Positions 48,749-61,574 of a DNA stretch of 64,000 nt are shown here, piece by piece. Numbering within the stretch: position 1 is the first letter of the stretch; each line of letters starts with the position of its first letter. The notes below the pieces were generated by a model. The model had not been told where the DNA came from, searched no databases, and saw only the letters and a list, made by a program, of their open reading frames with translations. Origin of the DNA: Octopus bimaculoides (lineage: Eukaryota); contig NC_068989.1 in NCBI RefSeq assembly GCF_001194135.2, positions 90,528,092 through 90,592,091 on the forward strand. The letters are read 5' to 3'. Position numbers and translations under genes: made by a program.

Positions 48749-48912
48749 ATGACAACATGAAAGGAGAATGAAACAGTTGAAACCTGCTTCTTTTATGCCA
48801 TGTTGTGTTTTATGTCCTGCGTTTTGTGAGCAAAAGCTGTTTCGGTTTCTAACAGCATGAGTGTAACCAAACACACACACACACACACTCACACACACAC
48901 ACAGCATGCTGT

Positions 48913-49218
48913 TGGTTATGGCAACGAGTGTTCCGTTTGATCTCAGCAATGGAACAGCTTGTTTGTGAAATTAACGTGCAAATGGCTGAGCACTCCACAG
49001 ACACACATACTCTTCACGTCGTTCTCAGGGAGATTCAGTATGACACAGAGTGTGACAAGGCTGGCCCCTTTTGAATTACCGGTACCACTCATTCTTGCCA
49101 GCTGAGTAGGACTGGAGCAACGTGAAATAAAGGGCCTTGCTCAAGAACACAACGTGCCGCTGGGATTTGAACTCAGAACTTTACAGTCGTGAGCCAAAAG
49201 CCCTAACCATTAAGCCAC
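48913..49218 (-). mobile_element. Full-length family D-headed SINE with the family C tail
   Basis: Reverse complement: gtggcttaatggttagggc...gagttcaaatccc (A/B boxes), ttcttgagcaagg CORE-like block, then ttcaaaggggccagccttgtcac...gagtgctcagcca. Confidence 0.8.
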
Positions 49219-49865
49219 ATACACACTCACACTCAAAGTGTTTTGGTCTGTCTTTTGAGCGATGTGTCTTTGATCAAAACTGCCCTGTGGTATTTATTGT
49301 GTCAGTGAATAAATCGGCAGAGTTACAGTGTCAGGCAAAAGCTCTTGTGATATTTCTTTTGGTTCTCTGCGTTCTGAGTTCTAATCTTACCAAAGTCAAC
49401 TTTGTCTTTCATCCCACCCTGCCGTGGTCCCAATATGTACATGCTATTATTTATAGCTTTATGTGCTTCGAGATCTGCTGTTCATAAAAAGAATTATTCC
49501 ATGTTCTCTTGAAAGTTCAGTAAATTTTATGATGTCAGCTAATATATAGATATATATATGTGCGTGTGTATATTTGTAAACAAACCCGAAGGCTGTAAAT
49601 TACGGAGAAGAGTGACACACATAGGTCCTTTTTAATAAAATTATTTATAACTATAATTATGTATTACATGCTTCATTGAAAATTACTGAACCTAAACAAT
49701 TAATCATATATAAATAATATTATAGTTATTTTATATATANNNNNNNNNNNNNNNNNNNNNNNNNNNNNNNNNNNNNNNNNNNNNNNNNNNNNNNNTATAT
49801 ATATATATATATATATATATATGCATATATATATGCCACAGAACTTCCCCAAACTAGACACCAAT

Positions 49866-50080
49866 AATTGTTAGCATGCCAGGCGAAATGCTTAGCAATA
49901 TTTTGTCTGCTGTTATGTTCTGAGTTCAAATTCCACCGAGGTTGATTTTGCCTTCCATCCTTTTGGGGGTTGATTAAATAAGTACCAGTTATGCACTCGG
50001 GTTGATGTAATTGACTTATTTTCTTTGTCTGTCCTTGTTTGTCCTCTCTATGTTTAGCCCCTTGTGGGCAATAAAGAAAT
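49866..50080 (+). mobile_element. Family B SINE
   Basis: gttctgagttcaaattccaccgaggttgattttgccttccatcctttt...aagtaccag. Confidence 0.8.
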
Positions 50081-50516
50081 AAATATCACCACCATCATTA
50101 CCACCACCATCATCACCACCACCATTATCATCACCACCATCACCACCATCATCATCATCATCAACATCAATCAAAAACTATATAATGAAACCAAAATTGA
50201 AGCAAACAAAAAATGCAAAGCATGTTCATACTTGAATATGAAAAAAAAAAATTGGAAATGAATTTGGTGGGGATGGGGAGGGTGGGGGCTATTAATGAAT
50301 GAAAGATCCACGATGGGGGGGGAGTAGGGAGTGATAGGGGAAGCCCCCCACTCCCTTCACCTCTGCTTATCTGAAGGAATGATGCTGGTGCTGGTGCTGG
50401 TTGTATGTATAGTGTAGTCTTGGTGATGTTGCTGTTTAAGGTACTTTTGTGACAGTGTCTACCTGGGGGTAATGTACTGAAAACAAACTGTTTTTGTAGC
50501 ACATGCTGGCCCCTTA

Positions 50517-50555
<39 letters not shown>

Positions 50556-51210
50556 TCAGAATCTGTGTGTGTGCAAGTGTGTACTTGAGCATTGGTGTTT
50601 GGCTGTAGGACTGAATGTGTGTAGGTGTTGTGTGTGTGTGTGTGTGTCCATATGTATAGAACTGTGTGTATGTATGACTTTTTGTGTGTGTTTGAATTTG
50701 TAAGCATATGTATATACATATCTCTTTCCTTCTCTCTCTGTCTCTATGTGTGTGTGTGTGTGTTTGTGTTTCTACAAGTCAAACTGTTAAATTGTGATTG
50801 TGTATATCCACACACACACACACACACACGTTTCATTCCCAAAGTGTAGGTCAACCTGAAGTTATAGAAGACTAGATGTGAGTTTCATAAACTACAAAAT
50901 ATAAGCATCCTCACTACCACACCTGAAACGTATCTGTTATAACTGTTTATCTTGATTTGAATGTATGGTGAAGGTATTTAGAATGTCCAAACTTATTTCT
51001 GCAAATGTGCGAAGCACTGATGCTGATCATAGTTCAATCAATAAGCGTAGGAGCGAGGTAAATGCAGCATAAATAGGTGGTGTCAGTGAGGCCCCCATTT
51101 AAGCGGCCCCTTCAGAAATTAAACCTCCTTATGATACTCTCTGGGAGTTCATTGTATGACATTCATTGTCATTGCTCTGATTTGGTCACCAATGCCATGT
51201 ATTTAGTTTA

Positions 51211-51380
51211 AAATGCCACCGGCATAGGAACCAGTCAGGCGGCACTGGTAACAACCACGCTTGAATGGTGCTTTTTACATGCCACTGGCATGGGTACCAG
51301 TCAACCAGCACTGGCATCGACCATGCTTGAATGGTGCTTTTTATGTTCCACCAGCACGGGAGCTAGTCAGGTGGCACTGC
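51211..51380 (-). mobile_element. RTE 3'UTR tandem units only
   Basis: Repeated cacgcttgaatggtgcttttta...tgcca units; no tail seen. Confidence 0.7.
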
Positions 51381-51971
51381 ATATATAGTGCAAAAACACT
51401 GTTGTTAGCCATCACAGCAGATTATGATGGCTAATAAAATAGAAATAAGATTTTAAAATTTCTTATTTCTGTTACTTGCATGATTTGGGAGTGCCATCTC
51501 AGAGTGTCTGGCCATGTTGCTTGATTTCTTGAGTTAGACCCTGCTTACCATGTCCTTTTTATTGAGGATTATGGTTTGAAGGCATGTAAATAAAATTGTT
51601 TTTACCTCGATTTGCAATCAGGTACCACCAGCCGATTGATCAATTCTTCACCCATGTTGTCACGACCTCTCTATCTCCACAACTCATGTCTGTCCCTGCT
51701 AGCGTCCCCAGGAAAAAGCAAAATGCAGGGAAAAACTCGTCACTTCCAGTCTTCCTTCCACCACATGCTTCCCTGATCTAAAGATCACCACTACCCTGTT
51801 CTGTCTCGTAATCATCCATCCACCTGGTGAGGACGATGTTCCCTTAGAGATTTCTGTAGGGTCCCGGGGCCACCTTCCTCCTCCCCTTCATCATTGGAAG
51901 AGCTAACCACCCTTCGAATATCCAGGATGTGACACGGCATTCCATCCACTTATACATTATTCAGAATACTG

Positions 51972-52308
51972 ATTGCATATCTCCAAAACCAAAAGTCTTG
52001 GTCTCCTGTCATTGCCTCTGTGAGGCCCAACATTCGAAGGTCATGATTCACCACCTCATTCCATGTCTTCCTGGGTCTACCTCTTCCACAGGTTCCTTCC
52101 ACAGTTAGCGTGTGGCACTTCCGCACACAGCTGTCCTCATCCATACAAAATTTGTGACCATACCAGCGCAGTCGTCTCTCTTGCAGCCCACATTCGATGC
52201 TTCTTATGTCCAACTTTTCTCCCAGGGCACTCACACTTTGTGTGTATGCACACTGACATTACACATCCAGTGGATCATACCAGCTTCATTTCTTTCAAAC
52301 CTAGGCAT
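51972..52308 (-). mobile_element. RTE LINE ORF C-terminal fragment
   Basis: ERNEAGMIHWMCNVSV...LQERRLRWYGH...MDEDSCVRKCHTLTVEGTCGRGRPRKTWNEVVNHDLRMLGLTEAMTGDQD. Confidence 0.88.
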
Positions 52309-52528
52309 CTTTAAAGAAATTCTTTTGGCAATACGATGGTCATCTCAAGACTATTCTGGTTTCTTAAAATAAAAAAATATGTTTCCAGTCAATTGCCATT
52401 TTTCTCCGTTTTTTTCTTACGTTTTTAGTTTTGTTTTCCAATAATTGTTTTTTTCTTTTACTCTTAATTTTTTTTTTGTTAAATTTTAATTTCCAAAACT
52501 AATTTCTTTTTTTTCTTTTTTCTTTCAG

Positions 52529-52696
52529 CTTCAAAGTTTGAAGGATGAATATGAAAGGCAAATGGAAGATTTGAAACAAGAATTCTATAACGAACGGATT
52601 AAACATGTTAGAAGCAATACTAGTGAGAGTCAGACCAGTGGCAGCAGCGAGATGGACGAGGGATCGAATGGAGCTGTTGACAATAAACAGGAGCAA
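52529..52696 (+). CDS. Coding exon, 56 aa (LQSLKDEYERQMEDLKQEF...DNKQEQ), same gene
   Basis: Long polypyrimidine acceptor ...tttttctttcag|CTT and donor CAA|gtgagt. 168 nt, phase 0/0. Continues the coiled coil in frame (HAEQ-LQSLKDEYERQM). Confidence 0.9.
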
Positions 52697-53214
52697 GTGA
52701 GTTTTGCATTTCTGGTTCTCATAGGATTTTATTGGTACATATACTCTTCACCTTTCACTTGTTTCAGTCATTGGACTGTGGCCAAGCTGGGGCCCCAGCT
52801 CAAAGGGTTTTGAGTCAAAGAAATTGACCTCAGTAATTATATCTTTTTTTTAAAGTTGTGGGTTTCTTGTACCAAAATCACTGAGTTTTATGGAGACATA
52901 AACAAACCAACACCGTTTGTTATGCAGGAAGCAATACACACTCACACACACACACACACACAGACACACGACAGGCTTCAACACAGTTTCCATCTACCGA
53001 ATTCACTCACATTTTGTTTAGTTGTTTATTACCAGAATAATAAGTCATTAAGTGCAGGGAAATATCCTGCCTCTGTGTTCTTAGAGTTATGCCAAGTCAT
53101 TGTTCCTGGAATTGATACATTTCTTTATATTGATCCTGGGATGATGTGTAACTGCCATTGGGTCATCCAGGTGTACAATTATTAATAATGGGACACTGGG
53201 CCTATCGCAAATTT

Positions 53215-53736
53215 TTTTTTTCTCCACGAGATTTCCGGGCCCCAGTAATGAACTCATTTGCATACAGCCAATCAGAGTTCACCTTGACCTTGTTGTTAAG
53301 TTAACAAAGGTTGGCATTTAAGAACAGTGTTGTAAGCCGACCAATCGCCAAGTTATGCCTGATTTTAGGAGACAAGGAATTAGATAGATTTGCATCTATA
53401 CCTATTGTCGGATTTTGTTAGTGTCCCATATGGTAAAAATGTGGATGGGAAAAATGTGGGTAGAGGGGAATGTGCTAGCAACCCTCTCCACTTACTTTTT
53501 TTACAAAGTAAACAACAACACAAATAACTATACAAAGGCAGCCATGGTTGAAACAAGAACAAGAACAACAAGCATTATTAAAACAGAAAAGAAGAATGGT
53601 CACTCCTAACCCAAGTGACCTTATCTTATCACCCATCGCTTGTTATACACTGATAAATTAGTTTGATAGTTGAGCTCTAATTGGCTGTATGCAAATGAGT
53701 TCATAGCTGGGGTCCGGAACTCTTGTGGGAAAAAAA
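53215..53736. repeat. Inverted repeat arms (53215-53284 and 53668-53736), probably a long-TIR DNA element
   Basis: Perfect 25-bp core atgaactcatttgcatacagccaat (53248-53272) / attggctgtatgcaaatgagttcat (53680-53704) within about 70-nt arms. Confidence 0.85.
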
Positions 53737-54309
53737 TTTTTTACAAGCTTATCACACACTGAGGAGCAATGGTTATAGAGGTGGGTTGGGAGATCTAAAT
53801 TTTGTAATTTATCACTGACAAAGGGAGGTAATAGATATGTGTGTATGAGAGCATTCACGCATACACTCATGCATCCATGCACACCACACAGATAGAAAGA
53901 TTGCACATAATACATACACACACTCATGCGAGAGAACCTCTTCTTGGGAGCACGGCCTGCTAGAAATAGCAGCCAAATCACCATCACTTCATACCCATCT
54001 CTTTTAGAAAATGAAAAATTGAATAATGCTATCCCAGATTCCTTGGATATAAGGGCAAAAATACGGTAGTAGTCACAGCTGGAGTGCTTGTGGCCATAAG
54101 TCTAAATAAGAGTAGCCTGGGACTAATGAGCATTGTAATACTCACATGTTATCACACTACAAAATATCATACACTTAGACATTATAGCCTACAAGAAAGA
54201 ATGAGATTAAGCTAATGCTAATTTCAACTCATATATGTGTGTGTGTGTATTTATCACGTGAACTACGATCAAAAGAATAGGAGAAAGATACAGTATATAA
54301 TTTTTTTTG

Positions 54310-54379
54310 TGCAGGGGTTCCTTGAGACATGTAATTTATTTTAAGGGTTACGCAAGGGTAAAAAGGTTGAGAAACACTG
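54310..54379. mobile_element. Solo hAT/Charlie-like MITE end
   Basis: ...aaaaggttgagaaacactg. Similar solo ends near 10993 (cagtgattctcaacc) and near 26888 (ttgttgaaaaccactg). Confidence 0.5.
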
Positions 54380-54469
54380 GCCTACACAAATCCAGTTTTG
54401 AAACTGGCTTGCATGGAGCAAGGGAAATAACTTTGCAGTATGTCAGGTGAGCTAGTCAAGTGGAATATT

Positions 54470-55318
54470 TATAACGATAATAATGAAATTACTGTGTATA
54501 GTGCTCAGGTGCACTACAACTCATCAAAGATGCACGTACAGTACATAGAATCATGTACAAAAGTCAGGAAAGGGAACAGTGTATGAGTCATGATATACAG
54601 GTGTGCATGCGTATGGAGGGGGTCAGATATCTGGTGTAGTGTTGGTGAATTTCAGGTAGCATTGAGGTTTTAAAGGATGCAATGTCTCAGCAACTAACAA
54701 CTGATGCAGGTAGTTTGTTCCATGCTTCAGTAACTCTGAGTGTGAAAAAAAATGTTTCTAAAATTAAGGGAACTGTGCTGTTTCCTGACTTTGTAGCCAT
54801 GCCTACATGTGTTAGACACATGGAGCTCAAAAAGGTGCTCAAAGTGGTTGTTGATGCAATGGTTAATAATTTTGTGGGTGTTTACCAAGTACCAAGTCAG
54901 TTGCCAGACGTCGGAGCTTCAATGTAGCTATGCCCTGGGAAGTAAGGTGTTGAGAGTATGGTAGATGCCTGATGGAGGGGATTTGCTTGGTTGCACCTCT
55001 CTGAACAGTTTCCAGGAGGTCAATGTCCTGAGCACGATAGGGGTTCCAGATGCAAATTTCAAGTGTGGCCATACCATAGCCAATATACAGCCTTAAATGG
55101 ATAGCTGGAGAATGGCTGGCAAAGGTTTTGCTGAGTGATGCCAAGACACCCTCGGCTTTCTTGACAATTTTAGAGATGTGCTTTGTCCAGCACAAATCAT
55201 TGCTGACAGTAATGCCCAGGTCACGTTCACAAGAGAAAATCTTGATATTAGTGTTGCGGAGAGAGTATGTGGACGCTGTGTTTTTCCTCCCTAAATGCAT
55301 GGTGGTACACTTGTCCAC
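54470..55318 (-). mobile_element. CR1-clade LINE, 5'-truncated: RT C-terminus, 3'UTR and ATT-type tail
   Basis: KCTTMHLGRKN...ERDLGITVSNDLCWTKHI...WNPY...DIDLLETVQRGATK...LRRLATDL...FFTLRVTEAWNKLPASVV...SFKT. Confidence 0.9.
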
Positions 55319-55419
55319 ATACACACATGTGTGCATGTGAGCGTGTATATCATTGTCAACTAAATCTGTTTCCTGTGCTGACATGGGTAGGACCATGATA
55401 TATAGTGCATATATATATA

Positions 55420-55458
<39 letters not shown>

Positions 55459-55912
55459 CTGCCTTTCAAGGTTGATAAATGAAGCACCACTCCAGCATGG
55501 TAGATCTAGTTGTATGTTTAGGGTTTTGGGCAGGTTGCTCGGCATTTTAATGGTGATGACATTGGTGCTAAGTGTTTCCCTTGGGTAATGTCAGTGATAT
55601 GGAGAAGCAGGGAAGCTAGCATGCATGGCTAATGATTGGTTTTCGAGAACAAAAAAAAAAGGGGGGCAAGTAGCTCCTTCTTTTCTTGAAACACTTGGAG
55701 GTCCTATGGAACCCCTGCCAACTCCTAAGATACCGTCATCTCCACTGTTACTGCCATGGGCACCCACACTAACCACTGCAACCATTCCTTCTATTTTGCG
55801 CTGGTAATTAATTTAGCACCACCGTCACCACCACTATTACTACTTCTGCCACATCTATAACAACACCATTAGAAATACTGCTGCCACCACCACCGCCACT
55901 ACTTTCACAGCA

Positions 55913-55950
<38 letters not shown>

Positions 55951-56555
55951 ACTACTACTACTACTACTGTTGCTACTACTGTAAGGACAAACATCAGTGT
56001 TTATTACCACTAGCACCACCACCAGCACTACTTTCACAGCATTACTACTGCTACTACTACTACGACTACTGCTGCTGCTGCTACTACTACTACTGCTGCT
56101 ACTACTGTAATGACAAGCATGAGTGTTTATTACCACCAACACCACCACCTCTGTCAAAACAACTGCAGCAATTTCAACATCAACATGATGATGCTGAGAC
56201 TGATGATGATCGTTATCATCACTGTACACAGCCGAATGAAGAGTTGAGGCCTTGGGCAATGAACAGAAATCCACTTTAATCTGCTACATTAAGTGGTACA
56301 CACACACACACACACACACACATGCACACTGTGTATACATGTAGGTTAATCTCTTGTGAAACCCACTTACAGCTGTTTAGTTGTGCATCAACTTGTATTA
56401 AGCGGATCAGGGATGAAGTCCTCCTCATCCCACCTGGATAGGATGGTAGTCTGTAGCAAGTGATTTCCCATCTCTTCATGATTTCTCCTCACACAACAAG
56501 GTAATGTGAAGTTAAACATGTAGAGTTCAGGGTTTTGCTCCCATGACAGATACAC

Positions 56556-57037
56556 CATGGAAGGTCGACTTTGCCTTTTATCCTTTCGGGGTTGATAAAA
56601 TAAGTACCAGTTGCAGACTAGGGACCAATGTAATCGACCCATCCCCACCTCCCCCCAAGCTGCCCTTGTGGCAAAATTTGAAACCATTCTTCTTCTTCTT
56701 CTTCTTCTTCTTCTCCTTCTCCTTCGTCTCCTCCCCCTCCTCCTCCCCGCCTCCTCCTCCTCCTCCTCCTCCTTCTTCTTCTTCTAACTGAATTGGATAC
56801 CTTATAATCCTTTCTAATATAGGCACAAAGACTGAAATTTTGAGAGTAGGGGTTAGTTGGTTACAGCAACCCCAGTGCTCGATTGATACTTAATTCATTG
56901 ACCCCCACTGAAAAGGCAATAGGCAAAGCTGACCACGGCAGAATTTGAACTCAGAACGTAAAGACAGACAAAATGCCACAAAGCATTCTGTAGGCATTAC
57001 GTCCTGCGTGCTAACGATTCTGCCAGGTTGCCACCTT
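56556..57037. mobile_element. Two family B SINEs in opposite orientation (56556-56690 + and 56805-57037 -) separated by (TTC)/(TCC) repeats
   Basis: gtcgactttgccttttatcctttcggggttgataaaataagtaccag vs aaaaggcaataggcaaagctgacc...gaatttgaactcagaacg. Confidence 0.7.
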
Positions 57038-57393
57038 TAGATCCAAATCTGATGGTTCACAGAGAACAGACATGATCAGGTGAAAACAACAAAGACCCTC
57101 CCCACCACCACCACCACTGCTACAATCACAGTAAACACTTTGCTAAAATAACAACAACAACAAAGCATGTTACATAAACAATTAAATCAAGATTTTATAA
57201 TAAACGAGCTTGTACTCAAAAGTCAATTTTTACCCTGGCTGGGTGTTACGAAGAGGAGGGTGTGGGTAGAAGGATCGGTGGGTGTGTGTGTATGTGTAAT
57301 AATCTCCCTCTTTCTAACATTACTATCTACTCCTGCCANNNNNNNNNNAATAATCTCCCTCTTTCTAACATTACTATCTACTCCTGCCATATC

Positions 57394-57429
<36 letters not shown>

Positions 57430-57722
57430 CTCTTAGTAATCCCTCTCCCCGCCCCTCTTGACTTTCTTAGCTCTGTGACAACATGGTGTTTTTTTTTATT
57501 CTATGTTTATAATACTTTGGAAGTTAATCGCATTGCACCAGGTTTGGGAGGTTATGGAGAGGGGAGAGCAGATAATCTTGTGTGTGTGTGTATATATGTT
57601 TGTGTGTGTATGTATCTATATATGTGTATATATATGTATGTGTGTATATATGCATGTGTGTCTCTCTCTCTCTCTACACACACATATATATATATCTATG
57701 TATATATATATATATGTGTGTG

Positions 57723-57777
<55 letters not shown>

Positions 57778-57780
57778 TTA

Positions 57781-58136
57781 ATCTTTTACCTGTTTCAGTT
57801 ATTGGGTTGTGGTCATGCTGGGGCACTGCCTTGAAAAGTTTAATCAAACAAATCAACCCTAGCACTTATTTCTAATGTCTAGTACTTATCCTAGCAATCT
57901 CTTTTGCCAAACTGCTAGGTTATGGTGATGTACATAAACCCACAATTGTTGCCATGCTCACACACACATACACACACGCATTGGGCCTCCCCATATTTTC
58001 TCTCTATCAAATCCATTGACAAGTCTTTTGTCAGCTGAGGATTGTAGTAGAAGAAACTTGCCCAGGCTGCCATTGAGTGGGACTGAACCTGGAACCATGT
58101 GGTTGTCAAGTAAGCTTCTCAACCACCCAGCCACAC
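57781..58136 (-). mobile_element. Family A SINE, older
   Basis: ggtcatgctggggcactgcc...agtgggactgaacctggaaccatgtggttg. Confidence 0.75.
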
Positions 58137-58176
58137 ACATAAAAACAAGAAACGACCGTCGAAATGGCTTGGGCAG

Positions 58177-58330
58177 TACATGAAAGTCAGTTTGATTTGT
58201 GGTACCCTACGTGAAAGTCAGTTTGATTTGTGGTACCCTACATGAAATCAGTTTGATTTATGGTACCCTACATGAAAATCAGTTTGATTTGTGGTACCCT
58301 ACATGAAAGTCAACTTGATTTGTGGTACCC
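58177..58330. repeat. 31-bp minisatellite (tacatgaaagtcagtttgatttgtggtaccc) x5
   Basis: Units at 58177, 58208, 58239, 58269 and 58300; followed by the N-gap 58341-58795. Confidence 0.92.
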
Positions 58331-58799
58331 TATTTGAAGCNNNNNNNNNNNNNNNNNNNNNNNNNNNNNNNNNNNNNNNNNNNNNNNNNNNNNNNNNNNN
58401 NNNNNNNNNNNNNNNNNNNNNNNNNNNNNNNNNNNNNNNNNNNNNNNNNNNNNNNNNNNNNNNNNNNNNNNNNNNNNNNNNNNNNNNNNNNNNNNNNNNN
58501 NNNNNNNNNNNNNNNNNNNNNNNNNNNNNNNNNNNNNNNNNNNNNNNNNNNNNNNNNNNNNNNNNNNNNNNNNNNNNNNNNNNNNNNNNNNNNNNNNNNN
58601 NNNNNNNNNNNNNNNNNNNNNNNNNNNNNNNNNNNNNNNNNNNNNNNNNNNNNNNNNNNNNNNNNNNNNNNNNNNNNNNNNNNNNNNNNNNNNNNNNNNN
58701 NNNNNNNNNNNNNNNNNNNNNNNNNNNNNNNNNNNNNNNNNNNNNNNNNNNNNNNNNNNNNNNNNNNNNNNNNNNNNNNNNNNNNNNNNNNNNNNTATG

Positions 58800-58857
<58 letters not shown>

Positions 58858-59197
58858 TGTGTGTTATGAGGGGAGTGCACATATACCTGTGTTTTGGCAT
58901 GACATGTGCTTGTGTGCAATAAACTTCCATCTAATAGATTTGTATTATTAAAATGATCATCTATAGCTTTTGTATATGTGTGTGCATAATTATATAAACG
59001 CATACATTTATGTAAGTAGTTCGTCTTCACAAGTGCGTACACACTGACATTTTATGTGTGTGTGTGTGTGTGTGTGTGTGCTGGCATGCACTCACACACA
59101 CAGTCCTAACCTGTTCATTTGTATGCTCAACAATGAAAGAAAAAAAAAAAGAAACTTGTCCAACATATACCATTCTCCTTATGTATGTATTAAACAG

Positions 59198-59317
59198 ATT
59201 CTGGATGAACTGCGCAAGGACCTTACCGAGGACCAGCAGCACAAACTGGAGCTGGTCATCTCACAGATTGTCAAACAACATAAAGCGCATCTCGACCAAC
59301 TCACCTCACACTACAAG
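59198..59317 (+). CDS. Coding exon, 40 aa (ILDELRKDLTEDQQHKLELVISQIVKQHKAHLDQLTSHYK), same gene
   Basis: Acceptor taaacag|ATT and perfect donor AAG|gtaagt. 120 nt, phase 0/0, helical coiled-coil composition amid microsatellites. Confidence 0.88.
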
Positions 59318-59327
59318 GTAAGTGCCA

Positions 59328-59358
<31 letters not shown>

Positions 59359-59624
59359 AATTCTCAATTTTTGTTTGCTTATTCACACACACACACACAC
59401 ATTCACTGATTTAAATCTTAATTATAACTGGCTTAACTTACATCTACAATCTCTCACTCATTTACATAAACATATACACATATACACATTGTAGCTGTCT
59501 GACTCCCTCTCTCTCTCTCTCTCTCTCTTACACACACAAGGTACACTCATACACATCTATTTCATCAGCTTTATTTTACACACACACACACACACAATTG
59601 CATGGATTATAAATATATAAACAA

Positions 59625-59664
<40 letters not shown>

Positions 59665-59867
59665 CACACACACACACACACACACAGTTTCCATCTCGCA
59701 CACATATGTACACACTCAAAACCTATACACACATATACACTTATATATGGGAACACAGTTACATATTTTTCATAACCATCTCTCTCTCACACACACAAAC
59801 AGCACACACACGCACACACACGCACACACACACACACACTTATTTACTTCAATGTTTCTCACACCCA

Positions 59868-59901
<34 letters not shown>

Positions 59902-60344
59902 ATTTCCTTACTATGACATGTGCACACTTCCATATATACATATATCTATCTCCCTCATAAGCCTCACACACTCTGCTCTTCCCGTACCTCGTTGTCCTCC
60001 TCCTCCTGTACCTTCAGCTCCAGTAAAAAAACACCACATGTTGAGTCCTCCATAATAACATTGATGTTGATAAACTATGTTTATTGTGATGCTGTTCTGC
60101 CAGCAATGGACCACCTTAGCAGTGTCACCATCATCATCATCACCATCATCGGTGCCACCAACAAAGAATGATAGCCATCTTAGCTTTCACAAAAGTCTAT
60201 TGGTATATGAAAATGGTCAGTCTGTCACTCACATTCTTGCACTCTCTCTTTCTCTCTCTCTTTGTGCTTCTCTCTGTCTGTCTATCTGTTACTCTCTCTC
60301 TCTCTAGTTCTCTGTGCCTTTCTCTCTGTCCATCTGTCTCTCTC

Positions 60345-60381
<37 letters not shown>

Positions 60382-60498
60382 GCTTCTTTCTGTCTGTCTA
60401 TCTGTTACTCTCTCTTTCTCTCTCTCTCAGTGCTTCTTTCTGTCTGTCTATCTGTTACTCTCTCTCTTTTTTTCTGTCTGTCTGTCTTTCCTCTTCGC

Positions 60499-60539
<41 letters not shown>

Positions 60540-61042
60540 TGTTGTTGTTGCTGTTATTGTTGTACAGTGTCTGTTGTATCTTCTTGTTATTATGTTGTTG
60601 TTGTACATCGATGTTGTTCTCCCAGCTGCTGCTGCTGATGTTCTGATTTAGCCCCAGGTCAACCTTGTTCAAGCAAAGCTGTGATCAAAGACATCCCGAC
60701 CATGACCAACCTATTTTTCCCCTATGTGCAGGAAGGCTGGATTACATTAGCCTCTCTGTTCTTTTTCTAAGATGGTAGGGTGTGAGTGGAGGCTGATTTG
60801 GCTGCTATTTCAAGCAGAATCAGTGACCTTGAAGAGCTTCTCACATTAGTTTGTGTCGTTGTTGTATGTTGGTGATTTTATTTGTTGTTGTTGCTCATCT
60901 TTATCAGTCCTGATCTCCTCCAATACAGTTTCAATCCGAAGCATTCCAGTTGTGCCCACCCAGTCTGTATATCACACATAGTGCATCTTGGACTACTCCA
61001 CCAAATTTGTTATTTTAAAGATTAAAAAACAAAACGAAAAAA

Positions 61043-61126
61043 GAATTATTCAGGTCACTACCTGGAATTGAACTTGGAATCTTGGGGTTAGTCGCCCGCA
61101 CTCTTAACCACTACGCCATATGCCCG
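61043..61126 (-). mobile_element. Short tRNA-derived SINE head
   Basis: Reverse complement gggcatatggcgtagtggttaagagtgcggg...ccaagttcaattccagg; A/B boxes present but no tRNA acceptor stem. Confidence 0.6.
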
Positions 61127-61330
61127 TAAAACAAGTCTTGATAAATAGACAACAGAAGGGAATGATTTGAGGAAGATTTGTTTGTTGCCTCTAGCAGATC
61201 AAGTAATCACTCTGAAACTCCTTTGTTCATTCATGATGTGTTGTTGTTGTTGCTGCTGATGATGATGATGTTGTGCTCCATGTTTGTGTATTTATTTATA
61301 TTCTGCATCACTCTGTCAAACTACTTATCT

Positions 61331-61574
61331 TCATCATCATCATCGTTCAACGTCCGCTTTCCATGCTGGCATGGGTTGGACGGTTTGACTGCAGACTGGC
61401 AAGCCAGGAGGCCGCACCCAGGCTCCAATCTGATCTGGCAAAGTTTCTACAGCTGGACGCCCTTCCTATCGCCAACCACTCCGAGAGTGTAGTGGGTGCT
61501 TTTTAAATGCCACCAGCATGGGAGCCTGTCAGGCGGCACGAGCCTGTCAGGTGGCACTGGCAATGACCATGCTC
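61331..61574 (-). mobile_element. RTE-LINE 3'UTR copy
   Basis: catcatcatcgttcaacgtccgctttccatgctggcatgggttggacg...gccaaccactccgagagtgtagtgggtgc. Confidence 0.85.

Larger units (their letters stand above)
52697..59197 (+). other. Putative 6,501-bp intron
   Basis: gtgagt...taaacag between phase-0 exons. Confidence 0.8.

Noticed and set aside
57298-57389. 41-bp direct duplication around a 10-N gap
   Set aside because: Identical copies flanking a scaffold gap are typical of unmerged contig overlap.
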